This document shows, one piece after another, positions 16,024 through 25,405 of a stretch of 41,434 bases of DNA. The stretch is from Candidatus Pacearchaeota archaeon. GTDB lineage: Archaea; Nanobdellota; Nanobdellia; Pacearchaeales; GW2011-AR1. Where the stretch lies: NCBI GenBank assembly GCA_023475035.1, contig JAMCXF010000006.1, positions 1-41,434 on the forward strand, read 5' to 3'. The stretch's first letter is position 1, and every line of letters begins with the position of its first letter. The notes beneath the pieces are model-generated. The model ran no database searches and was not told the DNA's origin. It worked only from the letters and a program-made list of their open reading frames with translations. The position numbers and the translations under genes were made by a program.

Positions 16024-18306
16024 CTAAAACTTTTTTGTCTTTACTTCATTGTTTAACCATTTCTGCCACTCAGGGAAAACTCTTTCTCCGAGAGGCAATC
16101 CGATTTCCTGTCTTACTTTGTCAGATATTTCATGAAACACGTGATTGGATAATGTGTTAAATCCCGATTCTAAAATTTTGCTGTATCCAGTTTTTTTTGC
16201 AACGTTTACTATTTCCTGTTTTATTTTTCCTCTTAATAAAATATTATCATAAATAGCATCCCAGTTTCCAGCCCATCCTTTTACATTAGACGCAACGCTC
16301 TTGATAACCTCGCTGTCTCCGTTAATCAAATCAGAGCTCGGTTCTAGTTCATCTTTTTCAATGTTATAATTAAGCAAATCAACAAATCCTTTTTCTAATT
16401 GGGGGTCTTGTTTCCAGTGCTTCCTGACTTCAGAAACTTGCACGACTCTTTTTATTGAATGAAGTCCGTCAGCAGTTTTTATTGGATTGCATACGACGAT
16501 TAAATCTGTTGCCTTGAAACTCGTTGCTGGAACTTCCAAATCATTTACAACTCTGTCAAAAACTCCGTAAGGAGAAGCTCCGTGAATTGTTCCTGCAACA
16601 ACATTTGCCAATGCTCCAACTCGCATTGCTTCATAAAGAGCTTTCGCCTCAACACTTCTTACTTCACCGATGATTAAACATGAATCACCAAGTCTCAAAC
16701 TGGTTCTTATTCCGTCGTCAGCAGAAACTTCTGTTGTCGTTTTCAAAAGTGCAGAACGGACTTTCATTCTCAAAATATCATATTCTAATTTTCTCAGAGA
16801 TTCAACAGGAAGTTCAAGAGAGTCTTCAATTACAATAATTCTGTTTTTAGGAATAATTTCAAGCATCAGGCTTCCGAGAAGAGAAGTTTTACCTGAGCTT
16901 CTCGTTCCGGCAACTAAAAGAGTTCTTGCTCCGTCGATTAAAAAGCTAAGAAGTCCTGCAGTGAAAGAATTCAACATTCTGTTATTTACATAAAGAGGAA
17001 GTGTCCATGGCTCTTCTCTGTGTCGTCGTATTGCATACGCAAGTCCGTCAGGCGAAAGAGGATTTTGAATGATAGCAATTCTCGCTCTTAACTTCCCGAT
17101 TTCCAATTGAGTATCAAGAATAGGATTCGCTTCATCCAATGGCCTTCCTGAAATCATTCTGAATTTTGCAGCCCACGAGTCAATATCTGACTGGCTTGGA
17201 AGAATATTAGTCTTGCATTCATCATAGTCTTGATGCCTGACATAAATGTTTGTCATCGGAATAGGCGCGTTCAGCATTATATCCTGTAATTTTTTATCCT
17301 GAAGAATTACTTCAACAAGCCCAAACCCGATTGTCTGCCTGACAAGTATCGTCGCAAGTTTGTTCAGGTCAGCATAATTAAGTTTTATTCTCTGTGTCTG
17401 CGACAAATCCTGAAGCAAGTCTTTTGCAATGTTAAAAAAAACATTTCTTATTCTTTCCACATCAGTAAATTCTTCGGCTTTCGGCTGGTGTTCAATCAAG
17501 ACTCCTCTCGCAAGATTCAGAAGAATATTGTAATCTTCGTCAAGAGAATTTTCAGGGGGATTGATGTGATAAATTAATTTTGATTCATCTTTTCTTTTTA
17601 AAATTGTGACTGTTGAAGTATCAAAATCTTCTCCGACAGTGTATTGGTCAATAATCTCCGCGTCCGCAGGTATGTCATAAACTAATCTCGTAAAAGTAAA
17701 ATTTGGAATTACATCTGGTTTCAGAATTTTGTCATAAATTGTTCTGTCTCCTTTTTTGTATCCTTCAAAGTAAGGAATAAGCTTTTGTATTATTGAAGTG
17801 TTTTCAAGAAGCGACAAAATTTTTTCAAGAAGGTGAATATAATTTTCTATGTCATTTCTGTATTGCTGTTCTGCCCTGTCAAAAAGAATTTTTGTTTGAA
17901 TAATAATTTTTTTGATTTCAAAATATGCAGAAACAGGATCTTGCCTTAGTAAAAATAAGAAAGAAAAAATTTCATTATATCTTTGATTAAAATAAGGGCC
18001 GTTATTCGAAGTAAGTTTTTCATGCGACAAAATTTTTTCCTGTCTCAAAAGATAAACATAAAGATGCGCGATTTCAAGGAGGAGCATCGTTTCCTGATTG
18101 TCATAATTGTAATTTTTCTGCTGTGCAAAAATAATTCTTGAAACTCCCGGATTTTCAATTAGCGCATCAATCGTTCTCGACATCACTTCAGGATAATCAG
18201 CAAGGCTGGGAACAAAAGGAGCCCCAAGATAATTGATATGAAGAACATCTTCTCCTCCTTCTCTTCTTACTTCATAAGAATATAATTTCTCCTCTTTAGA
18301 TGGCAT
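16024..18306 (-). CDS. type II/IV secretion (pilus assembly) ATPase, VirB11/TadA-like
   Basis: Walker A GTRSSGKT, IEDSLEL Asp box, SLRLGD..LIIGEVR, GTIHG His box. Confidence 0.93.
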   Translation of the reverse strand: MPSKEEKLYSYEVRREGGEDVLHINYLGAPFVPSLADYPEVMSRTIDALIENPGVSRIIFAQQKNYNYDNQETMLLLEIAHLYVYLLRQEKILSHEKLTSNNGPYFNQRYNEIFSFLFLLRQDPVSAYFEIKKIIIQTKILFDRAEQQYRNDIENYIHLLEKILSLLENTSIIQKLIPYFEGYKKGDRTIYDKILKPDVIPNFTFTRLVYDIPADAEIIDQYTVGEDFDTSTVTILKRKDESKLIYHINPPENSLDEDYNILLNLARGVLIEHQPKAEEFTDVERIRNVFFNIAKDLLQDLSQTQRIKLNYADLNKLATILVRQTIGFGLVEVILQDKKLQDIMLNAPIPMTNIYVRHQDYDECKTNILPSQSDIDSWAAKFRMISGRPLDEANPILDTQLEIGKLRARIAIIQNPLSPDGLAYAIRRHREEPWTLPLYVNNRMLNSFTAGLLSFLIDGARTLLVAGTRSSGKTSLLGSLMLEIIPKNRIIVIEDSLELPVESLRKLEYDILRMKVRSALLKTTTEVSADDGIRTSLRLGDSCLIIGEVRSVEAKALYEAMRVGALANVVAGTIHGASPYGVFDRVVNDLEVPATSFKATDLIVVCNPIKTADGLHSIKRVVQVSEVRKHWKQDPQLEKGFVDLLNYNIEKDELEPSSDLINGDSEVIKSVASNVKGWAGNWDAIYDNILLRGKIKQEIVNVAKKTGYSKILESGFNTLSNHVFHEISDKVRQEIGLPLGERVFPEWQKWLNNEVKTKKF

Positions 18307-18380
18307 AAAAAGAAAAAAGCGAAGAAGTTTAAAATATTTTGTATAGCAAACAATTTAAACTTCTCATTCATTAGTTGGTT

Positions 18381-18728
18381 ATGGCTCAGGAGCAGACAGA
18401 TTATGCAGGACAATTTCTTGGTGATATGAATTCCAAAGTCAGGGATATTGAAGAAAAACAAAAAATAGCAAGAGACAGAATCTTATTGATTGGACAGAAT
18501 CTTATTGAAACAAAAGAAGATTTGAACAAAAAAATGCTCGAACTAAAAAAAGATGTTGAAACAATGAAGCAAACATTAGGAAGATTATCTTCTTTTATAG
18601 AAACAATATCAAGTGAAGTTTCAAAATTTGCAAAAAAAGAAGACTTGGAAATCCTCACAAAACAGGCAAAGATGTTTCAGCCTATGGATTTTGTAAGAAA
18701 AGAAGATTTAAAAAAATTAAAAATTTAA
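18381..18728 (+). CDS. coiled-coil hypothetical protein
   Basis: Heptad-rich ORF divergent from the ATPase; ATG at 18381. Confidence 0.75.
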   Translation: MAQEQTDYAGQFLGDMNSKVRDIEEKQKIARDRILLIGQNLIETKEDLNKKMLELKKDVETMKQTLGRLSSFIETISSEVSKFAKKEDLEILTKQAKMFQPMDFVRKEDLKKLKI

Positions 18729-18764
18729 TAATAAAATGAAATCAAATAAAAAGAGTGATACAAT

Positions 18765-19442
18765 ATGGGAACAATAGATGATGTGATGGCTTTGAAGAGG
18801 CAGGGTTTTTCTGACCAGGATATTGTAAATGAATTATCTCAGCAGGGAGTTTCTCCGAGAGAAATAAATGATGCGTTGAAACATGCGCAGATAAAAAATG
18901 CAGTTGCAGATAATGATTATAATCAGGGAGAGAGTATGGAACCCTCAATAATGCAGGGGGAAGAAATGATGGCTGCTCCTGCTCCGCAGGATATGGGTGC
19001 AGAATATGTTCCGCAGGAAGAGCAGCAGTATTATCAGGCAGGAGGAGAAGGCGGAGGTTATGAGCAGTATGCTCCTGCACCAGCAGCGGTTGATACAGAC
19101 ACAATAATAGAAATTTCAGACCAGATTTTTGCTGACAGGATAAAAAAGTTCCAGAAAGTTTTGGAAGCAACGTCAGAAGCAGCAATTCTTCTCCAGTCGA
19201 AATTTGAGAATCTTTCAGAGAGATTAAAAAAAATAGAAATGACTATTGACAAACTGCAGATTGCAATTCTTGAAAAAGTCGGCTCTTACGGACAGAATCT
19301 TGAAAGCATAAAAAAAGAAATGTCAATGATGGGCGATTCATTTTCAAAAATGGTTTCTCCGAGAGAATCAAGAAGGCAGATTGAAACTTCTGAAGAGGAA
19401 GAAATGCCTGTTCAGAAGAGAGCGATTTCACGAAAAAAATAA
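18765..19442 (+). CDS. hypothetical protein (helical N-domain, acidic Gln/Pro linker, coiled coil)
   Basis: LKRQGFSDQDIVNELSQQG N-terminus, low-complexity middle, coiled-coil C-terminus. Confidence 0.8.
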   Translation: MGTIDDVMALKRQGFSDQDIVNELSQQGVSPREINDALKHAQIKNAVADNDYNQGESMEPSIMQGEEMMAAPAPQDMGAEYVPQEEQQYYQAGGEGGGYEQYAPAPAAVDTDTIIEISDQIFADRIKKFQKVLEATSEAAILLQSKFENLSERLKKIEMTIDKLQIAILEKVGSYGQNLESIKKEMSMMGDSFSKMVSPRESRRQIETSEEEEMPVQKRAISRKK

Positions 19443-19452
19443 TTAAAATTTT

Positions 19453-20016
19453 TTAGTCTCTTGCGTAAGCAGGAATGTAAGCAATATCTTTTTTCTCTTG
19501 AGGTTTTCCAGCAGAACCAACTACAACAAAGATAAATAATAGGATTACAATTCCAAGAATTATGGCAGGGAAATATTGAGCCCAAAAGTCTGCTGACTGC
19601 CATCCTGACTCTCCTGCAGATTGAAGAATTATTAAACCAATTATCAAAACCCCAATTCCAAGAAGAATATAGTTTATTACTTTACTCTTAGCATCAACAA
19701 AAAGTCCGACAATAATGAATATTGCGAGAATGATTGCAAGTCCAACTCCTACTCTTGGGAATATCTGTGCAAAAAAAGTCGGGACAAAATCAAATTGCAA
19801 AGACATAAATGCAACTGCAAGCGCGATTATTCCGTTTACAGCTTTATTGTCTTTGAATATTTGTGTTCTTGTCAAAATACCGAAGACAAGTGCAAAAATA
19901 AGCATGAAAGGAAGAAGATAACTGAAAAAACCAAGTGCTTCCCATTTAGCAAGCAATTCCCCTATAACTCCTTCAGAAAGTCCAAAGGCTTGAAGCATCA
20001 TCATCTCTTTTAACAT
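19453..20016 (-). CDS. multi-pass membrane protein
   Basis: LLPFMLIFALVFGIL motif; about 5 TM helices; paralog of 20060..20572. Confidence 0.8.
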   Translation of the reverse strand: MLKEMMMLQAFGLSEGVIGELLAKWEALGFFSYLLPFMLIFALVFGILTRTQIFKDNKAVNGIIALAVAFMSLQFDFVPTFFAQIFPRVGVGLAIILAIFIIVGLFVDAKSKVINYILLGIGVLIIGLIILQSAGESGWQSADFWAQYFPAIILGIVILLFIFVVVGSAGKPQEKKDIAYIPAYARD

Positions 20017-20059
20017 AGAGAAAAATGTGAAAATATCTTTAAATATTTATCTGTCAAAA

Positions 20060-20572
20060 TTATTTTTTTTCGCCAACACCTTTTAGAACTAAAGCAAGTG
20101 CAATTGCAATCACGATTAAGAATATTGCATTAGTAAGAATTGTTCCGCCAATTCCTCCTGACAAAAAGTTTTGCAGATTGTCCCACAAGCCTGTTGCCCA
20201 TATAAGTGCAACCACGAAAGCAATAGCAACAATTATTCCCAATCCCCATTTCATCCAGTTCGCAGGTTTGAATCCTTTCTCATCTCCAAAGATAAATCCC
20301 CAAATTAAAAGAACAACAAAAACTGCTACCAAAGTTACTGTCAAGAATAATATCAAATTATTTACAACGAGAACAGGATAAATTGCTCCGACAAAAATCA
20401 GTCCAACTACAAATGCTGTAAGAGCGTGAATTTGTTTTTTCTCACCAAGAAGTTTTGTTTTCTCGAGAATTGCAAAGACTACAAAGAATACTAATAGAAA
20501 AGGCAATAAAAATTTAGAGATTACATCGTACTGCAAAAAAGTTATTACTCCTGTTGTTGTTTCATTTGCCAT
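20060..20572 (-). CDS. multi-pass membrane protein
   Basis: LLPFLLVFFVVFAILEKTK motif; about 5 TM helices. Confidence 0.8.
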   Translation of the reverse strand: MANETTTGVITFLQYDVISKFLLPFLLVFFVVFAILEKTKLLGEKKQIHALTAFVVGLIFVGAIYPVLVVNNLILFLTVTLVAVFVVLLIWGFIFGDEKGFKPANWMKWGLGIIVAIAFVVALIWATGLWDNLQNFLSGGIGGTILTNAIFLIVIAIALALVLKGVGEKK

Positions 20573-20620
20573 AGTATATTAATTAGATTAATACTTATAA
20601 ATCTTACTTCTGTTTTAGAA

Positions 20621-20899
20621 TTATACCAAGTCTTCAGGAATTTCTTCAATGTTAGAATCTGGATTTGGCAAGGCAGCTCTGTTAATTAAGAAAACATCTC
20701 CAACAGCCTTTACAAATTGGTGCGGGATTATAACTCCTCTTGCTCCGCCAATCATAGAAATAACACTTCCGCCGACTTTTATTCTCCAGCCGTCGATTCT
20801 GTTGTCAGAAAGATTAGCTTCTTCTATTTCTCCGAAGAAATCTCCTGAATCAGTATAAACCTTGTTTCCGATAACTTCACTTATCTTTTTTATTCTCAT
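20621..20899 (-). CDS. stand-alone PRC-barrel protein (CdpB-like candidate)
   Basis: Likely start MRIKKISEVIGNKVYTDSGDFFGEIEE ... IIPHQFVKAVGDVFLI. Confidence 0.85.
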   Translation of the reverse strand: MRIKKISEVIGNKVYTDSGDFFGEIEEANLSDNRIDGWRIKVGGSVISMIGGARGVIIPHQFVKAVGDVFLINRAALPNPDSNIEEIPEDLV

Positions 20900-21007
20900 A
20901 GGTAAATTTATTTGGTTGTATTTAAATAGTTTTCCATAAAATAAAATATAAATTTTTTTAGGTATAATAGAGGATAAATTTATAAAAAAAACAAACATAA
21001 AAATTGT

Positions 21008-21652
21008 ATGTTAAGCAAAAAAGAGATATTCCCTATTCTGTTGGTAATCATAATCATAAGTTTCTCAGTGAGCTTGTCATTGGACATGGTTGAAAACTGG
21101 CAATTAATCGGAGGGACTGTTCTTGCTGTGTCTCTTGTTCTTCTTGCAAACATTTTCACGAAAAAAATTGTCGCATATCTTCTTGATTCAGAAATAGAAA
21201 TGAAAATTTGGAGTCTTGAAAGATATGGACTTCGCCCTGCTCAGCATTTCAAAAAACCTTTTCCTATCGGAGCTTTTCTTCCGTTGATTTCAAAATTAGT
21301 TTTATTCCCTTTCAAAAGTATGGTATGGATGGCATCGTTGGTTTTCGACGTAAAGCCAAGAATTTACAAGGGAGCAAAACGGCACGGATTGTATACTTTT
21401 TCAGAAATAACAGAGTCCCATCTCGGATTAATTGCAGCATCAGGAATTGTAATTAACTTAGTTCTTGCTGTAATTGGATATTTCCTCGGCTTCCCTCTTT
21501 TTTCAAGATTGAATATTTATCTTGCTTTTTTCAATATTCTCCCTCTTTACGAACTTGACGGAAACAAAATATTTTTCGGAAATTTAATAATATGGAGCTT
21601 CCTCGCAGCATTAGTTTTGATAGGAATGCTCTTCGCTATTTTTGTGATTTAA
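21008..21652 (+). CDS. M50 / site-2-protease-like membrane protein lacking HExxH
   Basis: GLIAASG..NL and FFNILPLYELDG.KIF are conserved; the HExxH position reads ANIFTKK. Confidence 0.72.
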   Translation: MLSKKEIFPILLVIIIISFSVSLSLDMVENWQLIGGTVLAVSLVLLANIFTKKIVAYLLDSEIEMKIWSLERYGLRPAQHFKKPFPIGAFLPLISKLVLFPFKSMVWMASLVFDVKPRIYKGAKRHGLYTFSEITESHLGLIAASGIVINLVLAVIGYFLGFPLFSRLNIYLAFFNILPLYELDGNKIFFGNLIIWSFLAALVLIGMLFAIFVI

Positions 21653-21660
21653 TTGATAAG

Positions 21661-23226
21661 ATGGAATTTTTAGAAAAGATTACTCCGAGAGAATATCAGC
21701 AAAAAATATTTGAAAGATGCAGGGAAAAAAACTGCCTCGTCGTTCTTCCTACAGGACTGGGGAAAACATTGATTGCTCTTATGCTGTCAATCGAAAGAAT
21801 GAAGCAGTTTCCAGGAGAGAAAGTTCTTTTTCTTGCCCCCACAAAACCTCTTGTCGAACAGCATCTTGATTATTTCAAAAAACATCTTCCCGAATTATTT
21901 GGAGAGATGAATTTATTTACAGGGCAGATAAATGCTGAAGCGAGAAAAAAACTCTGGCAGAACACCGACATAATTTTCTCAACTCCCCAGTGCATTGCAA
22001 ATGATTTGAAAAACAGATTGTATGACCTGAAAAATGTCTGTTTGTTAATTGAAGATGAAGCTCACAGATGCATAAAAAATTATGATTACAATTTTGTTGC
22101 ACAAAAATATAAAGAACATGCACAGCATCAGAGAATAATCGGAATGACTGCTTCTCCTGGATATGACAAAACAAAAATCAAAGAAATTTGCAAAAATCTT
22201 TCAATAGAAGAAGTTGAATTAAAAACAAGAGATTCCGACGATGTTAAACCCTATTTGCAGGAATTGGAAATTGAAAAAAATGTTATTGACTTCCCTGAAG
22301 AGCTTGATTCAATCAGGCAAAATCTGAAAAAATTATTTAATTCTTATATTGAGGACATAAAGATGCGCGGAGTTTTTTGGGGAAATGCTTCAAAGATTGG
22401 ATTGATAGAACTTCAAAAAAAATTAATGTCAGCCGTTTCTCACGGAAATAAAAATTATAATTATCTCCTCGCTGTTTCTTCATGCGCAATTGCGGTAAAA
22501 CTCCAGCATGCACTTGAACTTTTAGAAACGCAGACTCTTGCAAGCTTCAATGAATATTTAAAAGAATTGTTCAAGCAGGCAGTCGACAAAAAAAGCAAAG
22601 GGATTGTAAAGCTTGTCAGCAAGCCTGAGTTCAGTTCTGTTTACATAAAATCAAATGAACTTCTTGCAAAAGGAATTGAGCATCCTAAAATTGAAGAATT
22701 AATCAAAATAATCGACATTGAAAGATTCAGGAATGAAAAATTAAAGGTTATTGTGTTTACTCAGTTCCGAGATACAGCATCGGTGATTTCTAAAAAACTG
22801 AATATGATTGAAGGGATTAATTCAAAAGTTTTTGTGGGGCAGGCAAAAAAAGTTTCGTCAAAAGGAGAGAGCACAGGATTGAATCAAAAAGAGCAGAAAA
22901 AAATTATTCAGGAGTTTTCATCAGGAGAGATAAATGTTTTATGCGCGACTTCAATTGCAGAAGAAGGGCTTGATATTCCCGAAGTCAATATAGTCATTTT
23001 TTATGAATCAGTTCCTTCCGCAATCAGGAAAATTCAGAGAGGTGGAAGAACAGCAAGATTAATGGCTGGGAAACTCATAATGCTCATCACAAAAAGCACG
23101 CGCGATGAAAGTTTTTATTACGTCGCAAATGCCCGTGAGAAAAAAATGCATAAAACAATCCAGGAGATAAAAGATGATTTTGTAAATGGAAAAAAAGATT
23201 TCGGTGATGTTCAGAAAACTTTGTAA
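21661..23226 (+). CDS. Hef/FANCM-like SF2 DEAH helicase (helicase half only)
   Basis: PREYQ, LPTGLGKT, DEAHR, GMTASPG, ATSIAEEGLDIP, IQRGGRTAR; no C-terminal nuclease. Confidence 0.92.
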   Translation: MEFLEKITPREYQQKIFERCREKNCLVVLPTGLGKTLIALMLSIERMKQFPGEKVLFLAPTKPLVEQHLDYFKKHLPELFGEMNLFTGQINAEARKKLWQNTDIIFSTPQCIANDLKNRLYDLKNVCLLIEDEAHRCIKNYDYNFVAQKYKEHAQHQRIIGMTASPGYDKTKIKEICKNLSIEEVELKTRDSDDVKPYLQELEIEKNVIDFPEELDSIRQNLKKLFNSYIEDIKMRGVFWGNASKIGLIELQKKLMSAVSHGNKNYNYLLAVSSCAIAVKLQHALELLETQTLASFNEYLKELFKQAVDKKSKGIVKLVSKPEFSSVYIKSNELLAKGIEHPKIEELIKIIDIERFRNEKLKVIVFTQFRDTASVISKKLNMIEGINSKVFVGQAKKVSSKGESTGLNQKEQKKIIQEFSSGEINVLCATSIAEEGLDIPEVNIVIFYESVPSAIRKIQRGGRTARLMAGKLIMLITKSTRDESFYYVANAREKKMHKTIQEIKDDFVNGKKDFGDVQKTL

Positions 23227-23270
23227 AAAATTACATAAATCCTTATAAAAAATAATTTTCTAAAAAGTAT

Positions 23271-24317
23271 ATGGCTCGGATTATCGGGAAAGGTTTTTCT
23301 TTTGACGATGTTCTTATTGTTCCGAAATATAATAAAATTCTTTCAAGAAAAGATGTTGATTTGAAAACAAAAGTTACAAGGAATTATACAATTAAAATCC
23401 CAATTGTCGCGGCAAATATGGATACAATCTGCGAAGCAAAAATGGCAATTGCTCTAGGAAAACTTGGAGGGCTTGGAGTTATTCACAGATTCATGACAAT
23501 TGAAGAACAGGCAAGACAAGTTGCAGAAGTCAAAAGTTATGGATTAATTTGTGCTGCGGCAGTCGGTGTTAAAGATGTTGAAGAAAGAGCAGAAGCTCTT
23601 GTAAAATCAGGATTGGAAATTCTCGTAATAGATATTGCTCACGGACATTCAAAATATGCAGGGAAAACTCTTGATTATCTTAAACAAAAATATCCTCACA
23701 TAGATGTAATGGCAGGGAATATTGCAACAAAAGATGCGGCAGAATATTTTTTGTCAAAAGGAGCCGACGCTGTTAAAGTGGGAATTGGTCCAGGGTCAAT
23801 GTGCACAACAAGATTAATGACTGGCGCAGGAGTTCCTCAGCTGACTGCAATAATGGATGTCTACGAAGCAACAAAAGGAGAGATTCCGATTTGCGCCGAC
23901 GGCGGAATAAAAAAACCTGCAGATATTGTGAAAGCACTGGGAGCAGGAGCAGATACAATAATGTCAGGATATATTTTTGCAGGAACAGATGAAACACCTG
24001 GAGAGATAATTGAAATGAACGGAAAAAAGTTAAAGCATTACAGAGGTTCAGCAAGTTATGATGTTGCAGTAAAAAAGGCAGAACTCGACGGAGAAGCAGA
24101 CAAAAAGATAATCAGCATCGAGGGAGAAAAAACATTTATTCCTTACAAAGGCCCTTTATCTCCGATAATAGAAAAATATCTTGGAAGTCTTGCATCAGGA
24201 ATGACTTACATCGGGGCAAGAAATATGAATAGCATTATTGGAAAAGCAGATTTTATAGAGATAACAAATTCAGGAAGAGAAGAAAGCAAAGCAAATGGAG
24301 TTTTAAAATGCGAATAA
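23271..24317 (+). CDS. IMPDH/GMP reductase family protein without CBS domains
   Basis: FDDVLIVP, ANMDT, IDIAHGHS, GIGPGSMCTTR, ADGGI, YRGSAS. Confidence 0.9.
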   Translation: MARIIGKGFSFDDVLIVPKYNKILSRKDVDLKTKVTRNYTIKIPIVAANMDTICEAKMAIALGKLGGLGVIHRFMTIEEQARQVAEVKSYGLICAAAVGVKDVEERAEALVKSGLEILVIDIAHGHSKYAGKTLDYLKQKYPHIDVMAGNIATKDAAEYFLSKGADAVKVGIGPGSMCTTRLMTGAGVPQLTAIMDVYEATKGEIPICADGGIKKPADIVKALGAGADTIMSGYIFAGTDETPGEIIEMNGKKLKHYRGSASYDVAVKKAELDGEADKKIISIEGEKTFIPYKGPLSPIIEKYLGSLASGMTYIGARNMNSIIGKADFIEITNSGREESKANGVLKCE

Positions 24318-25405
24318 CAATTTCAGGTTTTCCAGGCGCAGGCAAAGGAACTTTGAGAAAAATGCTTTCTGAAGAATATAATATTCCTTCATTTTCTGTC
24401 GGAGATTTAAGGAGAGAATATGCATCAACTCTTGGTATGGAGATTCAAGATTTCAATAAATTATCAGAAAAAGAACCTATATGGGACATTAAAGCTGATG
24501 AATACCAAAAAGAATGGGGAAAAGAAAAAGAATTTTTTATTTTAGAAGGAAGATTGTCTTATCATTTTTTTCCTGAATCAATACGAATCTTTCTCGAAGT
24601 AGATGAAAAGACAGGGGCAGAGAGGATTATTTATGCAAATAGAAGCTCTGAAAAAAAATGTTCCCTTGATGAGCAAATAATCGCAAACAAAAAGAGATGC
24701 GAAAGTGATATTGAGAGATATTCAAAAATTTACGGAATAAAAAATTGTTATGATGAAAATCAGTTTGATATAATTGCAGACACTACAGAGAGAAACCCCG
24801 AACAGATGCTAAATTTAATCAAAAAGAAAATAATCGACTACAATCAAAAAATGAATCCTTTGACATTTTATATCGGACATCCGACGAGATTGAAAGGAGA
24901 TAAAGAATTTTTAAAAAGGCTGGAAGAATTTTCAGGAAAGTTTAATCTAAAATTTTTCAATCCATTTATAGACAATAAAGCAGAAAAAGAAAATTCTCTT
25001 GGGGAAAAAAGCTACAAGGATTTTGCTGAAGAAGAAGCTAATGCAATGGCAGAAGGAGATCTTATAGGAATATTGGACAAAAAAGTAATTGGAGGGATTT
25101 TTTTCTACAATGGAGATTTTACTGTCGGGACACAGATGGAATCATTAACAGCTTTTCTTGCTGGGAAATTAAACTTGATTGTAACGCCAAAAGGAGAAAA
25201 AGAATTTCTGAGATATCATCCCTTTTTCAGATATCTGAAAACAGAAATTTTCCCCGACTTTGAAGATATGGAGAAATATTTTTCCAAAAATCGCAACGAT
25301 TTGTTTATAAAATTAAGAGAAGTGCGCGAGAGATGGAATAAAAATCCAATAACGAAAAAATTATATCATGAAATGATGAAAAATAAAGTTTATCTGGGAA
25401 GATAA
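24308..25405 (+). CDS. archaeal-type cytidylate kinase fused to a nucleoside 2-deoxyribosyltransferase/N-glycosidase-like domain
   Basis: N-domain ITISGFPGAGKGT, EGRL, DIERYSKIYGI; C-domain FYIGHP..FFNPF..GDL..GTQME..GK. Confidence 0.75.
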   Translation: MRITISGFPGAGKGTLRKMLSEEYNIPSFSVGDLRREYASTLGMEIQDFNKLSEKEPIWDIKADEYQKEWGKEKEFFILEGRLSYHFFPESIRIFLEVDEKTGAERIIYANRSSEKKCSLDEQIIANKKRCESDIERYSKIYGIKNCYDENQFDIIADTTERNPEQMLNLIKKKIIDYNQKMNPLTFYIGHPTRLKGDKEFLKRLEEFSGKFNLKFFNPFIDNKAEKENSLGEKSYKDFAEEEANAMAEGDLIGILDKKVIGGIFFYNGDFTVGTQMESLTAFLAGKLNLIVTPKGEKEFLRYHPFFRYLKTEIFPDFEDMEKYFSKNRNDLFIKLREVRERWNKNPITKKLYHEMMKNKVYLGR

